DNA of 64,000 nt from an uncultured Anaerolineales bacterium (lineage in GTDB: Bacteria > Chloroflexota > Anaerolineae > Anaerolineales > UBA11858), in assembly GCA_964621835.1 (NCBI GenBank), contig CAZUMA010000005.1:2527-66526 (forward strand), given 5' to 3'. Of this stretch, positions 8,587 through 17,606 are shown piece by piece. Within the stretch, counting starts at the first letter, position 1. Every line of letters begins with the position of its first letter. The notes below the pieces were generated by a model, which was not told the DNA's origin, ran no database searches, and saw only the letters and a list, made by a program, of their open reading frames with translations. Made by a program: the position numbers and the translations under genes.

Positions 8587-9800
8587 ATGAGACTTCTTTG
8601 CCGGTCAAACCGGAATCTAATTTGGTGATTAATTACGCGGACGGTAACCTCACCCTCCGCGGCTGGACACGGGAAGAGATCAGGATTGAAGGAGAAACCA
8701 CGCCAGACAGCAAGCCAAAGGGGAACCAGATTGCCCTTGAGTTGAGAGGGGATTGCACGCTGGATCTCCCGCACAACCTGCCGATCTCACTGGAGGAGAT
8801 CGAAGGGGATGTCTGGGCGAAGGATCTGGGTCAGACGCTCCAGATTGGAAACATTCGCGGGGATGTCACCCTGGAAAACATCAGCGGGGCAACCATCCAG
8901 CAAGCCAACGGAAATTGTTCAGCAAACCAACTGCTAGGGGACCTTGTCATCAACTCCCTCAAGGGGAACGGGGTTATCAACCAGGTTATCGGTCAGATTG
9001 CGGTGCAGGCAAAAGGAGATCTTGAGGTCCATAAAATCGGCCGGGGGATCAAGATTGCCGCAGAGGGAAATATCACCGCGGCCTTTGATCCCATCCCCTG
9101 GGATGATTACCAACTGCAGGCTGGTGGGAACCTGAAGGTGTCCCTTCCCGCCCACGCCAGCATAACAGCAGAACTCAACAGCCGGGCCGAAAATATTATC
9201 CTGCAATACGCTGGAATTGAGGAAGAGATTCATACTTCCCGGCATACCCTGGAAGTAGGAAAGGATGGAGCATTCCTCGACCTCTCCGCTGGAGGCTCCA
9301 TCCACATAACAAACCTATCCTGGAAATACAGAGCGGTTTTTGATTCCAGTTTCTATACGTTCCAGAATCTGGATCAGCTGATCCGGGATTTCTCCAATCA
9401 GACCTCCCAGCAGCTTGGAAAACATCTCAGCTCCCTGGAGAAAGATCTCCAGAGCACACTTTCCGGGTTAGCTGAGTCTTTGGAGACTGCCGGGCTAACG
9501 GAAGAGAACCTGGAAAAACTGAAAGAAAAAATTCAAGCAACTGGCCAACAGGCAGCCAATCAAGCAAAAATCACCGCACAGAAAGCAGAGCAGAAAATCC
9601 AACATAATATCACCCAGATTCGGCAAAAAGCCAGGCAGGTCCAGGAAAGGAATCGGGATTTTAATCTGGAGCGTTTTATATTTGGGGCCAGAAAAACGCA
9701 TGATCCCGCCGATCAAGAGCAGCTGCTGATTCTGAAAATGCTCGAAGAGCAAAAAATCACTGCTGCAGAAGCCGCCGACCTCCTTTCCGCCCTTGAGTAG
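8583..9800 (+). CDS. beta-helix repeat (DUF4097-like) protein with coiled-coil and C-terminal SHOCT-like (YvlB/LiaX-type) helix
   Basis: ATGA overlap with the upstream gene. It has repetitive GD(V/L)xxxNIxG-type strands (IRGDVTLENISGATIQQANGNCSANQLLGDLVINSLKGNGVIN) and a long coiled-coil. The C-terminus reads DQEQLLILKMLEEQKITAAEAADLLSAL. Confidence 0.6.
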   Translation: MNETSLPVKPESNLVINYADGNLTLRGWTREEIRIEGETTPDSKPKGNQIALELRGDCTLDLPHNLPISLEEIEGDVWAKDLGQTLQIGNIRGDVTLENISGATIQQANGNCSANQLLGDLVINSLKGNGVINQVIGQIAVQAKGDLEVHKIGRGIKIAAEGNITAAFDPIPWDDYQLQAGGNLKVSLPAHASITAELNSRAENIILQYAGIEEEIHTSRHTLEVGKDGAFLDLSAGGSIHITNLSWKYRAVFDSSFYTFQNLDQLIRDFSNQTSQQLGKHLSSLEKDLQSTLSGLAESLETAGLTEENLEKLKEKIQATGQQAANQAKITAQKAEQKIQHNITQIRQKARQVQERNRDFNLERFIFGARKTHDPADQEQLLILKMLEEQKITAAEAADLLSALE

Positions 9801-9857
9801 CAGCTGCCTTCGCGGCTCAGGATCAGAAGCCGCCGGGAATTGCATGAGGAGTCCACC

Positions 9858-10238
9858 ATGGTCACCAGTGAAGAACGGATGAGAATCCTGAAAATGATCA
9901 AGGAAGGAAAAATCACTGCCGAGGAGGGGGCGAGGCTGCTCAAAGCGCTCACCTCCTCCAAGGAAAAGCCCAGAATGGGGAGGAATCGTCAACTAGAATC
10001 ACAATGGCTGCGGGTCCGGGTGACCGATATAAGCACCGGAAAAGCTAAGGTGAATGTCAACCTACCCTTAAAATTGCTGGGTGCAGGTTTGAATATCGCC
10101 TCCCAGTTTGCGCCAGAGATCAGCAGTGAACAGGTGTTGGAAACTGTCCGGGAGGCGCTTTCGGAAAATATCCAGGGAAAGATTGTCGATTTGGTTGACG
10201 GGGAAGACCTGGAGCACGTGGAGATCTATCTTGAATAA
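9858..10238 (+). CDS. small protein with N-terminal SHOCT-like/YvlB-LiaX N-terminal-type helix
   Basis: Track ORF 9840 starts at TTG. The ATG at 9858 has a GAGGAG RBS 6 nt upstream. The N-terminus MVTSEERMRILKMIKEGKITAEEGARLLKAL repeats the motif at the end of the previous protein. Confidence 0.55.
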   Translation: MVTSEERMRILKMIKEGKITAEEGARLLKALTSSKEKPRMGRNRQLESQWLRVRVTDISTGKAKVNVNLPLKLLGAGLNIASQFAPEISSEQVLETVREALSENIQGKIVDLVDGEDLEHVEIYLE

Positions 10239-10253
10239 CCTCTCCTTTGCGTG

Positions 10254-10284
10254 AAAACAGCCCGGGGTTCAGCCGGGCTGTTTT
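10254..10284. terminator. bidirectional intrinsic terminator between convergent genes
   Basis: AAAACAGCCCGG-ggttcag-CCGGGCTGTTTT is a perfect GC-rich stem flanked by an A-run and a T-run. Confidence 0.7.
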
Positions 10285-10300
10285 CGTTTAACCTCTTTTC

Positions 10301-10549
10301 TCAATCTTCAGAGGCTTCCTGAACTTTCCCGCTGATGGTCTCCTCGGCGGCAGGGACCTCCTCGGGGACAATGATCATCATGATCAAATAGATCCAGAAC
10401 AGTCCACTGCCGGAGACAAAGAACCCGACAACAAACAGCAACCGGATCAGGGTTGGATCCACCTGGAAATAATCCCCCAGCCCCCCGCAAATTCCTGCGA
10501 TCATTCGGTCTTCGCTTGAGCGATAAAGTCGTTTATAGGACTCAGCCAT
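10301..10549 (-). CDS. PspC domain-containing membrane protein
   Basis: KRLYRSSEDRMIAGICGGLGDYFQVDPTLIRLLFVV is the canonical PspC motif, followed by one TM helix. Confidence 0.8.
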   Translation of the reverse strand: MAESYKRLYRSSEDRMIAGICGGLGDYFQVDPTLIRLLFVVGFFVSGSGLFWIYLIMMIIVPEEVPAAEETISGKVQEASED

Positions 10550-10690
10550 GGCACACTCCTCAAATATCTCTTATTTTTGCTTCTATGACTATATACGGGC
10601 AGGGATGGATTTTGTTTCGCTCCTTCTCAGGATGGTTAGTCCAAATCCTGATTGAATCATCGATGCGCCTCCTTCCCGGTGTCCGCTTTT

Positions 10691-10699
10691 TGTTATAAT
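10691..10699 (+). promoter_or_regulatory. extended -10 promoter element TGtTATAAT
   Basis: TGTTATAAT lies 30 nt upstream of the ATG at 10729, and a GAGGTGG RBS follows. Confidence 0.5.
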
Positions 10700-10728
10700 C
10701 AAATTAACAGCCCGATCAAAGAGGTGGT

Positions 10729-11352
10729 ATGGATATCTACAACCAGGAAGCGCTTTCAGTCAATATTAGCAACCGGCTGCGGGAAATCAGAGAAGAAAGA
10801 GGATTATCTATCCGGGCGCTGGGACGCTTGAGCGGTCTTTCCGCCAACGCCCTGAGCGTGATCGAACGGGGAAAGTCCTCCCCCTCCGTGAGCACATTGT
10901 ATAAAATTGCCTCGGCACTGGAAATCCCCATCGTCACCTTTTTTGAGCAGAACCCCAAGGAAAGGGATATTGTACTGACGAAAGCGGGAGAGAGAAGCCG
11001 GATTCCTTTCCACCGCGGTCTCTGGGAAGGGCTTGGTGGTCAGCGTTTCAGCGGTCAACTTGAACCTTTCATGCTGACCCTGGAATCGGGCGCTTCCAGC
11101 GGACGCTTCCCAATTACACACAGCGGTCATGAATTAGTATACTGCTTCAGAGGTGAAATTATTTACCAGGTTGAAGAGGAAGAGTATCATTTAGAGTCTG
11201 GAGATTCCCTGATTTTTGCAGCCGAACTCGAACACCAATGGCGTAATCCGGGAGACAAAGTAGCCAACGCGCTGATCGTGTTGGTAGGTTTCCGGGATGA
11301 TGAAAGCCCCAGCTTGTTCCACCTGGCATCTAAAAAATCAAACGCCGACTGA
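10729..11352 (+). CDS. XRE-family HTH transcriptional regulator with C-terminal cupin domain
   Basis: LREIREERGLSIRALGRLSGLSANALSVIERGKSSPSVSTLYKIASAL (HTH_3-like) is followed by a cupin-type beta-barrel segment (HSGHELVYCFRGEIIYQVEEEEYHLESGDSLIF). Confidence 0.85.
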   Translation: MDIYNQEALSVNISNRLREIREERGLSIRALGRLSGLSANALSVIERGKSSPSVSTLYKIASALEIPIVTFFEQNPKERDIVLTKAGERSRIPFHRGLWEGLGGQRFSGQLEPFMLTLESGASSGRFPITHSGHELVYCFRGEIIYQVEEEEYHLESGDSLIFAAELEHQWRNPGDKVANALIVLVGFRDDESPSLFHLASKKSNAD

Positions 11353-11517
11353 CCCCTCCTTCCAGCAACATGGCTGGAGTGGGTTCCACATTAAGACCAG
11401 CTGACAGTGAAAATCAACATGGATTTTACAGGTTGGCAAGGAGGCATCAACTCCTTATAACAGGCTGGAGATCAACCCGCCTGGAAAAAAACCTCCCAAA
11501 AAAATAGGAGGGAGATG

Positions 11518-11778
11518 ATGAAGATCAATGTCAAAGCATTCGCACTGGCAACCGGGATCACCTGGGGAGTCAACTGGTTTGCGCTCACCTGGTGGTTAAT
11601 CCTTCAGGAGGGGATCACCCGGGAGGTTACCCTGATCGGCCGGATATATCGGGGCTTCACCATCAGCCCGGTGGGAAGCCTTATTGCACTTGGGTATGGG
11701 TTTGTCGATGGGTTTTTGCTGGGATTGTTGGCCTCCTACCTCTACAACATCCTTCGTCCCCGGTTGACAAATCAGTAA
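11518..11778 (+). CDS. small hypothetical membrane protein (two or three TM helices)
   Basis: An 86-87 aa hydrophobic ORF sits behind an AGGAGGGA RBS. No family was recognised. Confidence 0.45.
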   Translation: MKINVKAFALATGITWGVNWFALTWWLILQEGITREVTLIGRIYRGFTISPVGSLIALGYGFVDGFLLGLLASYLYNILRPRLTNQ

Positions 11779-11866
11779 CCTCCCTTTCAAGTCCAGGAAG
11801 TCAGGCTGCTGGATTCCTGCCTGCCGCCGCGTACCTGCTCCTTCCTGACCGGATTTTTCAGAAGGG

Positions 11867-14245
11867 TTATTCTTTCCCCATCGAGTAATCAGTCAGGGCG
11901 GAAACCAGCGGCTGGAATAAAACCAGGGCGATCCAGCCCACAGTGCTGCAGGGAGCAGGAGAAAAAAAACCCTGATCTCCTCCCTGATCCGGAACCAGCC
12001 TGGTGGGGTTCGGACCCAATAAACGGCTGATCATTTCAGGATCCTCCTCCAACCCGATTTCATAAGCCTGCTCCTCATCGACAAAAATCACCCGCTTCCC
12101 CAACGCATAGTAGCGTCCCCAGCCGGGGTGCAGTTCCAGAAGCTGGTAATACCCTTCAGAGCCAAACCGGATCTGGAGAACATCCATCTCCTCAGGATCA
12201 AAGATGGTATCCATCCAGATCCCATCGCGAAGCAGGAATGTCTTATCTCCCACAACCTGTACGGCCAGCTGGGCTCTGCGGGATCGCTCATCTTCCCCTT
12301 CCGGCGCAGGCATAAACGCGGACTCTGCCTCCCGGAGATTTCCCTCTGATGCCGCCTGGCGGACAGCATCTCCCCCTACAACCGGGGCGGACTCTTCAGC
12401 TTCCAACCATTCTTCGGTGATTGCTTCCCGCCCCCGTTCACTGAAGATATCATCCTCCTCAATTAAATAGGAGGTATAGGGTGTGATTACACCATAGCGC
12501 ACGCTCAGATTAATGACAGCTTCTACCCACTCTGCTTGTTCTCCTTTCAGCCGGATTTGGGTCAGCAGGTAGCCAAGTTTTCTCACTGCCCATAAGCGGG
12601 GAATGACTCCCCCCCTCGCTGGCTCATTGTCAGAGGTATTGAAATCCACCACGGCGGAGTAGCTCTGTCGTTCACCCGCAGCCAACCCGGTCAGGGTAAC
12701 TGTAGCAGTCTGATCTGCTTTCTCGATATTTCGAAAACGCCCAGCGAGGATCAGCTGGGAACCGGCATATAAGTCCGGCAGGGTGGCGGGGTAGAGTTCC
12801 TCAACCAGCACACCTTCAAAGTCCAGGGTCAAATCAGCTAAAACCGGTGTGCTGATCCTGGCATAATATGCAGAGACTTCTTCATTAATCTTTGACTGGG
12901 AGCTGACATAGCTAACCACCCCGCGATTTTGCTCTGCCAGTCCATCCAGCAGCACCGTATTGACATCCTCCCCTACTCCAAACGGAAACAACCGGACCGC
13001 TGCCGTACTGCTGCTTTTAACGTTGTCTAAAATCTGTTCAATTTCTGTCACCCCCTCGGTAGGCAGCCCATCGGTCAGGAACAGGACCACAAAAGGACGA
13101 TCGCCATCCATCTCCGACCGGCTGTGGAGGGCTTCTAAGAGGGCCAGATTGATATCCGTCCCTCCCAACGCCTCGAGCGTTCTCACCCAGGCAGCTGCCT
13201 CAGCAGATTTTTCTGCTGGCTGCAAACCGGGAGCAAAATGCCTGACGCCGGTAGAAAAAGTGACAACATTAAATCGATCCTCTGGGTTGAGGTGGTTCAG
13301 GACAAACTCCAGGGCATCTTTCGCCTGGGAGAGCTTCCCGCCCTCCATCGAACCGGACGTGTCCAGGACCAGCATGATGTCCCGGGGAAGCACCTGATCG
13401 ACCTCAACCGTGGGAGCTGCCATCAAGAGAAAGTACCCGGGCTCAGAGGCTTCCCCGGGAGAGGCAACCACATGAAGCCCCACATCCTCCTGGCTGACAG
13501 TATAAATCAGCTCAAAATCCTGGTCCGGAACAATCTGGGTTTCTTCATATCCGATCAAAACGTGGTGATCATCCTCCCTGTTGACAACTACCCGGTCCTG
13601 ATGGGTTGGGGAATACACAGAGCGGATTGGCAGTTGGGAATTGATTTCAACCCGAATTGCACACTCATCCAGGGGTCGTGCGGAGAATTTTTCCGTGTTT
13701 AATGGATAGCTGTAAGCGACCATGCCATTCTCCCGCCGCAGCACCTGATCATAGCTCAGCTCCATTTTTCTGGAACCCCCGGGGGGGATGGGAAAAATTC
13801 TGGCCTGGACTGCATCCCGACCCACATACTCTAATAAGGCAGGATCTTCTCGATGGCGCACAATATCCTCATAGACCTTTCGGGCCTGCGCTGCAGGCAG
13901 GATTTCTCCCTCCACTGGTGATCCGTCCACCCAGATCCGGAAATCAGAAACTGCAGCTCCCTGCGGAAGGGGGAAAACATATCTCCCCTCCACTTCCCAG
14001 CTGTGCTCATTGAGAAATTCCTGCTCAATATGGGTGGTTGCCACCTGATTCTCTACGACGACATTGACACGGTGATAGCTGATGGTCAGCCAGGAATCCT
14101 CCAGAAGAGGCGGGCCGGATCCTGGAGGGGGATCAGGGATGATGATCCCATCTGCGAAAGCAGGGGTTGGTGAAAAAACTCCCAGGCTGACTGCCAGCAG
14201 CAAAGCTGCTGCTAATCGATGTTTAAAAAGGAAATCCCGGAACAT
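11867..14245 (-). CDS. VIT domain + von Willebrand factor type A domain protein (secreted or membrane-anchored)
   Basis: Track ORF extends to 14311. The ATG at 14245 gives the signal-like MFRDFLFKHRLAAALLLAVSLGVFSPTPAFA. The VIT-like N-terminus is ISYHRVNVVVENQVATTHIEQEF...YVFPLP. The vWA MIDAS motif is VLDTSGSMEGGKLSQAKDAL. The C-terminus has a hydrophobic helix. Confidence 0.85.
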   Translation of the reverse strand: MFRDFLFKHRLAAALLLAVSLGVFSPTPAFADGIIIPDPPPGSGPPLLEDSWLTISYHRVNVVVENQVATTHIEQEFLNEHSWEVEGRYVFPLPQGAAVSDFRIWVDGSPVEGEILPAAQARKVYEDIVRHREDPALLEYVGRDAVQARIFPIPPGGSRKMELSYDQVLRRENGMVAYSYPLNTEKFSARPLDECAIRVEINSQLPIRSVYSPTHQDRVVVNREDDHHVLIGYEETQIVPDQDFELIYTVSQEDVGLHVVASPGEASEPGYFLLMAAPTVEVDQVLPRDIMLVLDTSGSMEGGKLSQAKDALEFVLNHLNPEDRFNVVTFSTGVRHFAPGLQPAEKSAEAAAWVRTLEALGGTDINLALLEALHSRSEMDGDRPFVVLFLTDGLPTEGVTEIEQILDNVKSSSTAAVRLFPFGVGEDVNTVLLDGLAEQNRGVVSYVSSQSKINEEVSAYYARISTPVLADLTLDFEGVLVEELYPATLPDLYAGSQLILAGRFRNIEKADQTATVTLTGLAAGERQSYSAVVDFNTSDNEPARGGVIPRLWAVRKLGYLLTQIRLKGEQAEWVEAVINLSVRYGVITPYTSYLIEEDDIFSERGREAITEEWLEAEESAPVVGGDAVRQAASEGNLREAESAFMPAPEGEDERSRRAQLAVQVVGDKTFLLRDGIWMDTIFDPEEMDVLQIRFGSEGYYQLLELHPGWGRYYALGKRVIFVDEEQAYEIGLEEDPEMISRLLGPNPTRLVPDQGGDQGFFSPAPCSTVGWIALVLFQPLVSALTDYSMGKE

Positions 14246-14647
14246 GTGCGCCTCCCTCAGAGCAATAGCTTTATGAGTATGACGCCGATGTTTCCAAAAA
14301 AGTTCCCGCATTTGAGATCAGGATTCCAGGCAGCTAATCAGAATAGATCTGCTGGAGATCAGAGATTTCGCTAAACATACACAAAGCCCAGATTATTTTG
14401 GGATCAAAAGCCGCTGCGGGCAAGGCTGAATGGGGGCCCGGCGATTTGCGATCGCCAGGCAGACTCCAATTAAAGGCCGCAGGGAAAGACAATCATCAGC
14501 CCTATGGGTCGGATTACAAATAACCAACCCCCTAACCAGGTGGTCAACCCTTTGCCTTGCAGCTCCCCTCGCTAAAAAACCACCGCCGCAGTGAGAATCC
14601 CAGAATTCCCCCAAGGGACAATCCCTGTGCGTTTTGAACCTGCTGGG

Positions 14648-15349
14648 TTACTCCCCGGTAAGGTGGGCAAGAGCGGAGCCAACTTCACTGATGCTGGATA
14701 TCTCTAAAAAACGGTCCTTCGGGAGGGGTTGATCGCTGCCATCTTCGTGGGACCAGCTCAGATGATCGGAGAGATATACCGCCCAACCTCCAATTTCCAA
14801 TACGGGAAGCACATCTGACCGCAATGAGTTTCCAATCATCACAAACCGATCGGGTTTAATGCGGTGTTTATCCAGGATGGCCTGGTAGGTGCGGGGGTTT
14901 TTCTCACTCACCACTTCGACTGCCCGAAAGTAGGACTCTAACCCTGATTGGGCAATCTTCCGCTGCTGGTGAAACAAATCCCCCTTGGTAACCAGCATTA
15001 ATGGATACCTCTCCTGCAAAGCAGCCAGCAAATCTTCGACCCCAGCCATCACTTCCACGTCTCTGGAAAGCATATTTTTTGACAACTCTAAAAGCTTTTG
15101 AATATCCTCGGCCTGAATTTTTCCCCCGGTTTCCTGGATTGAAATATCAATCAAGGAGAGTACAAAACTCATCACCCCATATCCGTAATAGCGAATGTTG
15201 CTGGATTCCAATTGATCCACCCGTTCCGGAAGAGAGTGATCCACCCCATATTTTGCGAGGATCTCTGAAAAGATTGTCCGGCCTTCCCGGTAGTACTCCT
15301 CATTTTTCCACAGGGTATCGTCAGCATCAAAAGCAATCCAATCAAACAT
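14648..15349 (-). CDS. HAD-superfamily hydrolase
   Basis: Motif I is IAFDADDTLW, with a downstream VTKGD and a GNS..D-type motif. The start is either GTG at 15388 (track) or ATG at 15349 with a GAAGGA RBS; I chose the latter. Confidence 0.7.
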   Translation of the reverse strand: MFDWIAFDADDTLWKNEEYYREGRTIFSEILAKYGVDHSLPERVDQLESSNIRYYGYGVMSFVLSLIDISIQETGGKIQAEDIQKLLELSKNMLSRDVEVMAGVEDLLAALQERYPLMLVTKGDLFHQQRKIAQSGLESYFRAVEVVSEKNPRTYQAILDKHRIKPDRFVMIGNSLRSDVLPVLEIGGWAVYLSDHLSWSHEDGSDQPLPKDRFLEISSISEVGSALAHLTGE

Positions 15350-15427
15350 ATCCACATCCTTCGGCAACCCGGGAATATCAATAAACACCTTTCCCGGGGA
15401 ACTGGAAACACATCGGATTTGCGATAC

Positions 15428-17023
15428 TCAGGAATTCAGGATCGGTGGATTCCGTTGGCGCCACTGCTCGTTTTCAGTCACTTTTTCAAATGCCCGGCCC
15501 AGACGGAGCAGCAGTCCTTCCTCATAGTCCCGCCCTAAAATCTGCACCCCGATAGGTAAACCCTGGCCATCAAAACCCACCGGGATGCTCAACCCGGGGA
15601 TGCCGGCGTGATTTGTGGTCACGGTAAGCTGGTCGGAATACTGCATAAGCACAGAGTCCCCGTACACGCCCCCAATTGGAAAAGCTGTCGATGGGGTAGT
15701 CGGTGTCAGCAGGGCATCCAGGCGAATTTCCCCCCGGGGATCAAAAATGGTCTCAAAATCCTGGCGGATCAAGGCCCGGGCTTTAAGCGCCCGCTGATAA
15801 TATCCCTTATCAAATTGAGCCGCGCTCAAGTAAACCCCCATCAGCATCCGCAGTTTTGGTTCCACGCCGAAAGCCTCCCCGCGAGTCTTTCGGTACAGGT
15901 CCCGCAAATCCTCCACCGGCTCAGCAGTCCGGTAGCCGTACTTGACGCCATCATACCGGAGAAGGTTGGAGGACGCCTCGACCCGGGAGATCACAAAATA
16001 GGTTGGAATCCCATATTTTGTATGGGGAAGCGGAACATCCATGACAATATCAGCTCCGAGCTGGGCCAGATAGCCAGCCGTGCTCAACACCGCCTCACGG
16101 ATTTCTGGATCAATTGGGTTTTCCTGCAGCTCACCGGTTTCAGCGTCAAAAAACGTCACCCGGAAAAATTCCTCGGATAAACCGATCCGCAACCCTCGAA
16201 TCTCTTTCTCCATCTCAGCAAGGTAATCCGGGACCGGAACAGCCGCCGCTGTGCTGTCCATGGGATCCTCCCCGGCAATTGCCTGTAAGGCCAGGGCTGC
16301 ATCCATGACGCTGCGGCTGAGAGGCCCTGGACAATCCAGGGATGAACCGAAGGCGATCAGCCCATAGCGGGAAACCCGGCCGTACGTAGGTTTTAATCCC
16401 ACCGTCCCGCAGAAGGAGGCAGGGTGGCGGATAGATCCTCCCGTGTCTGTCCCCAGGGAGATCGCTCCTTCGCCCGCTGCGACCGCAGCCGCACTTCCCC
16501 CTGAGGATCCCCCAACCACCCGGGTGGTATCCCAGGGATTCCTGGGAACAGGTTTGTATGCGGAAGATTCACTGGAAGAACCGTAGGTGAACTCATCGAG
16601 GTTCACCTTCCCCACCATCACCGCACCCGCCCGATTCATCCGCTCCACCACGGTCGCTGTATAAGGTGCCTGATAGTTATAAAGGATCTTCGATCCTGCT
16701 GTTGCTTTAACCCCTTTGACTGTAAAAATATCCTTGGCCGTATAGGGGACGCCAGCCAGTGGGCCGGGATTGACCCCCTCTTGGATTTGCTGATCAATTT
16801 GTTCTGCTTGAGCCCGGGCATACTTTTCTGCGAGGGTGATCATTGCATGCACCCGCTCCCGGTCCTGCTCCGTGAGCTCCAGGTCCCCATCCACCTGGCC
16901 AGGCCTGCCATCCACCTGGCGGATGCGCTCCAGCGTATTCTCCAGCACCTCGACGGCAGATACCTGCCGGGTGCGTACCAAACCAGCAATCTGAAACGCA
17001 GGAAGGTCACAGAGTTCCGTCAT
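15428..17023 (-). CDS. gatA: Asp-tRNA(Asn)/Glu-tRNA(Gln) amidotransferase subunit A (amidase signature enzyme)
   Basis: The amidase signature GGSSGGSAAAVAAG is present and the gene lies immediately downstream of gatC (3-nt gap). It is about 45 aa longer than typical GatA, with an N-terminal insertion (VDGRPGQVDGDLELTEQDRER). Confidence 0.8.
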   Translation of the reverse strand: MTELCDLPAFQIAGLVRTRQVSAVEVLENTLERIRQVDGRPGQVDGDLELTEQDRERVHAMITLAEKYARAQAEQIDQQIQEGVNPGPLAGVPYTAKDIFTVKGVKATAGSKILYNYQAPYTATVVERMNRAGAVMVGKVNLDEFTYGSSSESSAYKPVPRNPWDTTRVVGGSSGGSAAAVAAGEGAISLGTDTGGSIRHPASFCGTVGLKPTYGRVSRYGLIAFGSSLDCPGPLSRSVMDAALALQAIAGEDPMDSTAAAVPVPDYLAEMEKEIRGLRIGLSEEFFRVTFFDAETGELQENPIDPEIREAVLSTAGYLAQLGADIVMDVPLPHTKYGIPTYFVISRVEASSNLLRYDGVKYGYRTAEPVEDLRDLYRKTRGEAFGVEPKLRMLMGVYLSAAQFDKGYYQRALKARALIRQDFETIFDPRGEIRLDALLTPTTPSTAFPIGGVYGDSVLMQYSDQLTVTTNHAGIPGLSIPVGFDGQGLPIGVQILGRDYEEGLLLRLGRAFEKVTENEQWRQRNPPILNS

Positions 17024-17026
17024 GAG

Positions 17027-17344
17027 TCACAACTCCTCATGGGAAATATCAGGAACGACAATAAATCCCTCATCAACCTCGGGAGCTTGCGATAAAATCT
17101 CCTCCCGGTTCGGATCCTGGCTGGATCGATCAGATCGCAATGAGGGGGAATTCTCTGCTGTATAAGGCACGCCGTGATCAGCAGGTTCTGTCTCTGCATC
17201 AATGGGAATCGACTCCAGGACTTCAATCGAGATCATCTGGTTATTCAGCTCCTTGCGGAGATATTCCCCTTCTTGTTCAGGAACCTCGAGGGCCGCCAGT
17301 TCAAGCAAACGCTGGAATACTTTTGGGGTAATGTTTTCTGCCAT
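17027..17344 (-). CDS. gatC: Asp-tRNA(Asn)/Glu-tRNA(Gln) amidotransferase subunit C
   Basis: The ATG at 17344 gives MAENITPKVFQRLLELAALEVPEQEGEYLRKELNNQMISIEVLESI. This matches GatC size and motif pattern and sits directly upstream of gatA. Confidence 0.75.
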   Translation of the reverse strand: MAENITPKVFQRLLELAALEVPEQEGEYLRKELNNQMISIEVLESIPIDAETEPADHGVPYTAENSPSLRSDRSSQDPNREEILSQAPEVDEGFIVVPDISHEEL

Positions 17345-17549
17345 ACACTCTTCCTTATCGGAAACAACCAAAACGTGAATTGTATTTTATCATTCTTTCC
17401 TGGCTGTGTTCTCAGACATTTAATTCCTCGATCAGGAAATCCTCCCCTTCGGTGGTAATCAGTGCGGGATTGCTGACTTTCAAGGATAGAAGATGTCCTC
17501 TCGACCTCTTCGGGACCCACCCCTCGACAGCGCATTTTCAGGGTGGGAG

Positions 17550-17558
17550 TGCTATAAT
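17550..17558 (+). promoter_or_regulatory. extended -10 promoter element TGcTATAAT
   Basis: TGCTATAAT lies about 50 nt upstream of the acyl-CoA dehydrogenase ATG. Confidence 0.45.
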
Positions 17559-17606
17559 CAAAACATCCAAATCACACCTGTTTCCAATTAAATAGGAGGG
17601 AAAGCC

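Noticed and set aside
14393-14614. A 73-aa minus-strand ORF in the long gap upstream of the vWA gene.
   Set aside because: Its composition is Arg/Cys/Gly-rich, it has no RBS and no recognisable motif. It is more likely non-coding leader sequence.
14590-14640. On the minus strand, ACGCACAGGG (plus strand 14623-14632) is identical to the start of the Vibrio Vc2 c-di-GMP-I aptamer as I remember it. It lies upstream of an adhesin-like vWA gene.
   Set aside because: The remaining conserved features I recall are absent: the GCAAACC continuation, the GAAA tetraloop with its receptor, and GACGCAAAGCC. A 10-nt match alone is not evidence.
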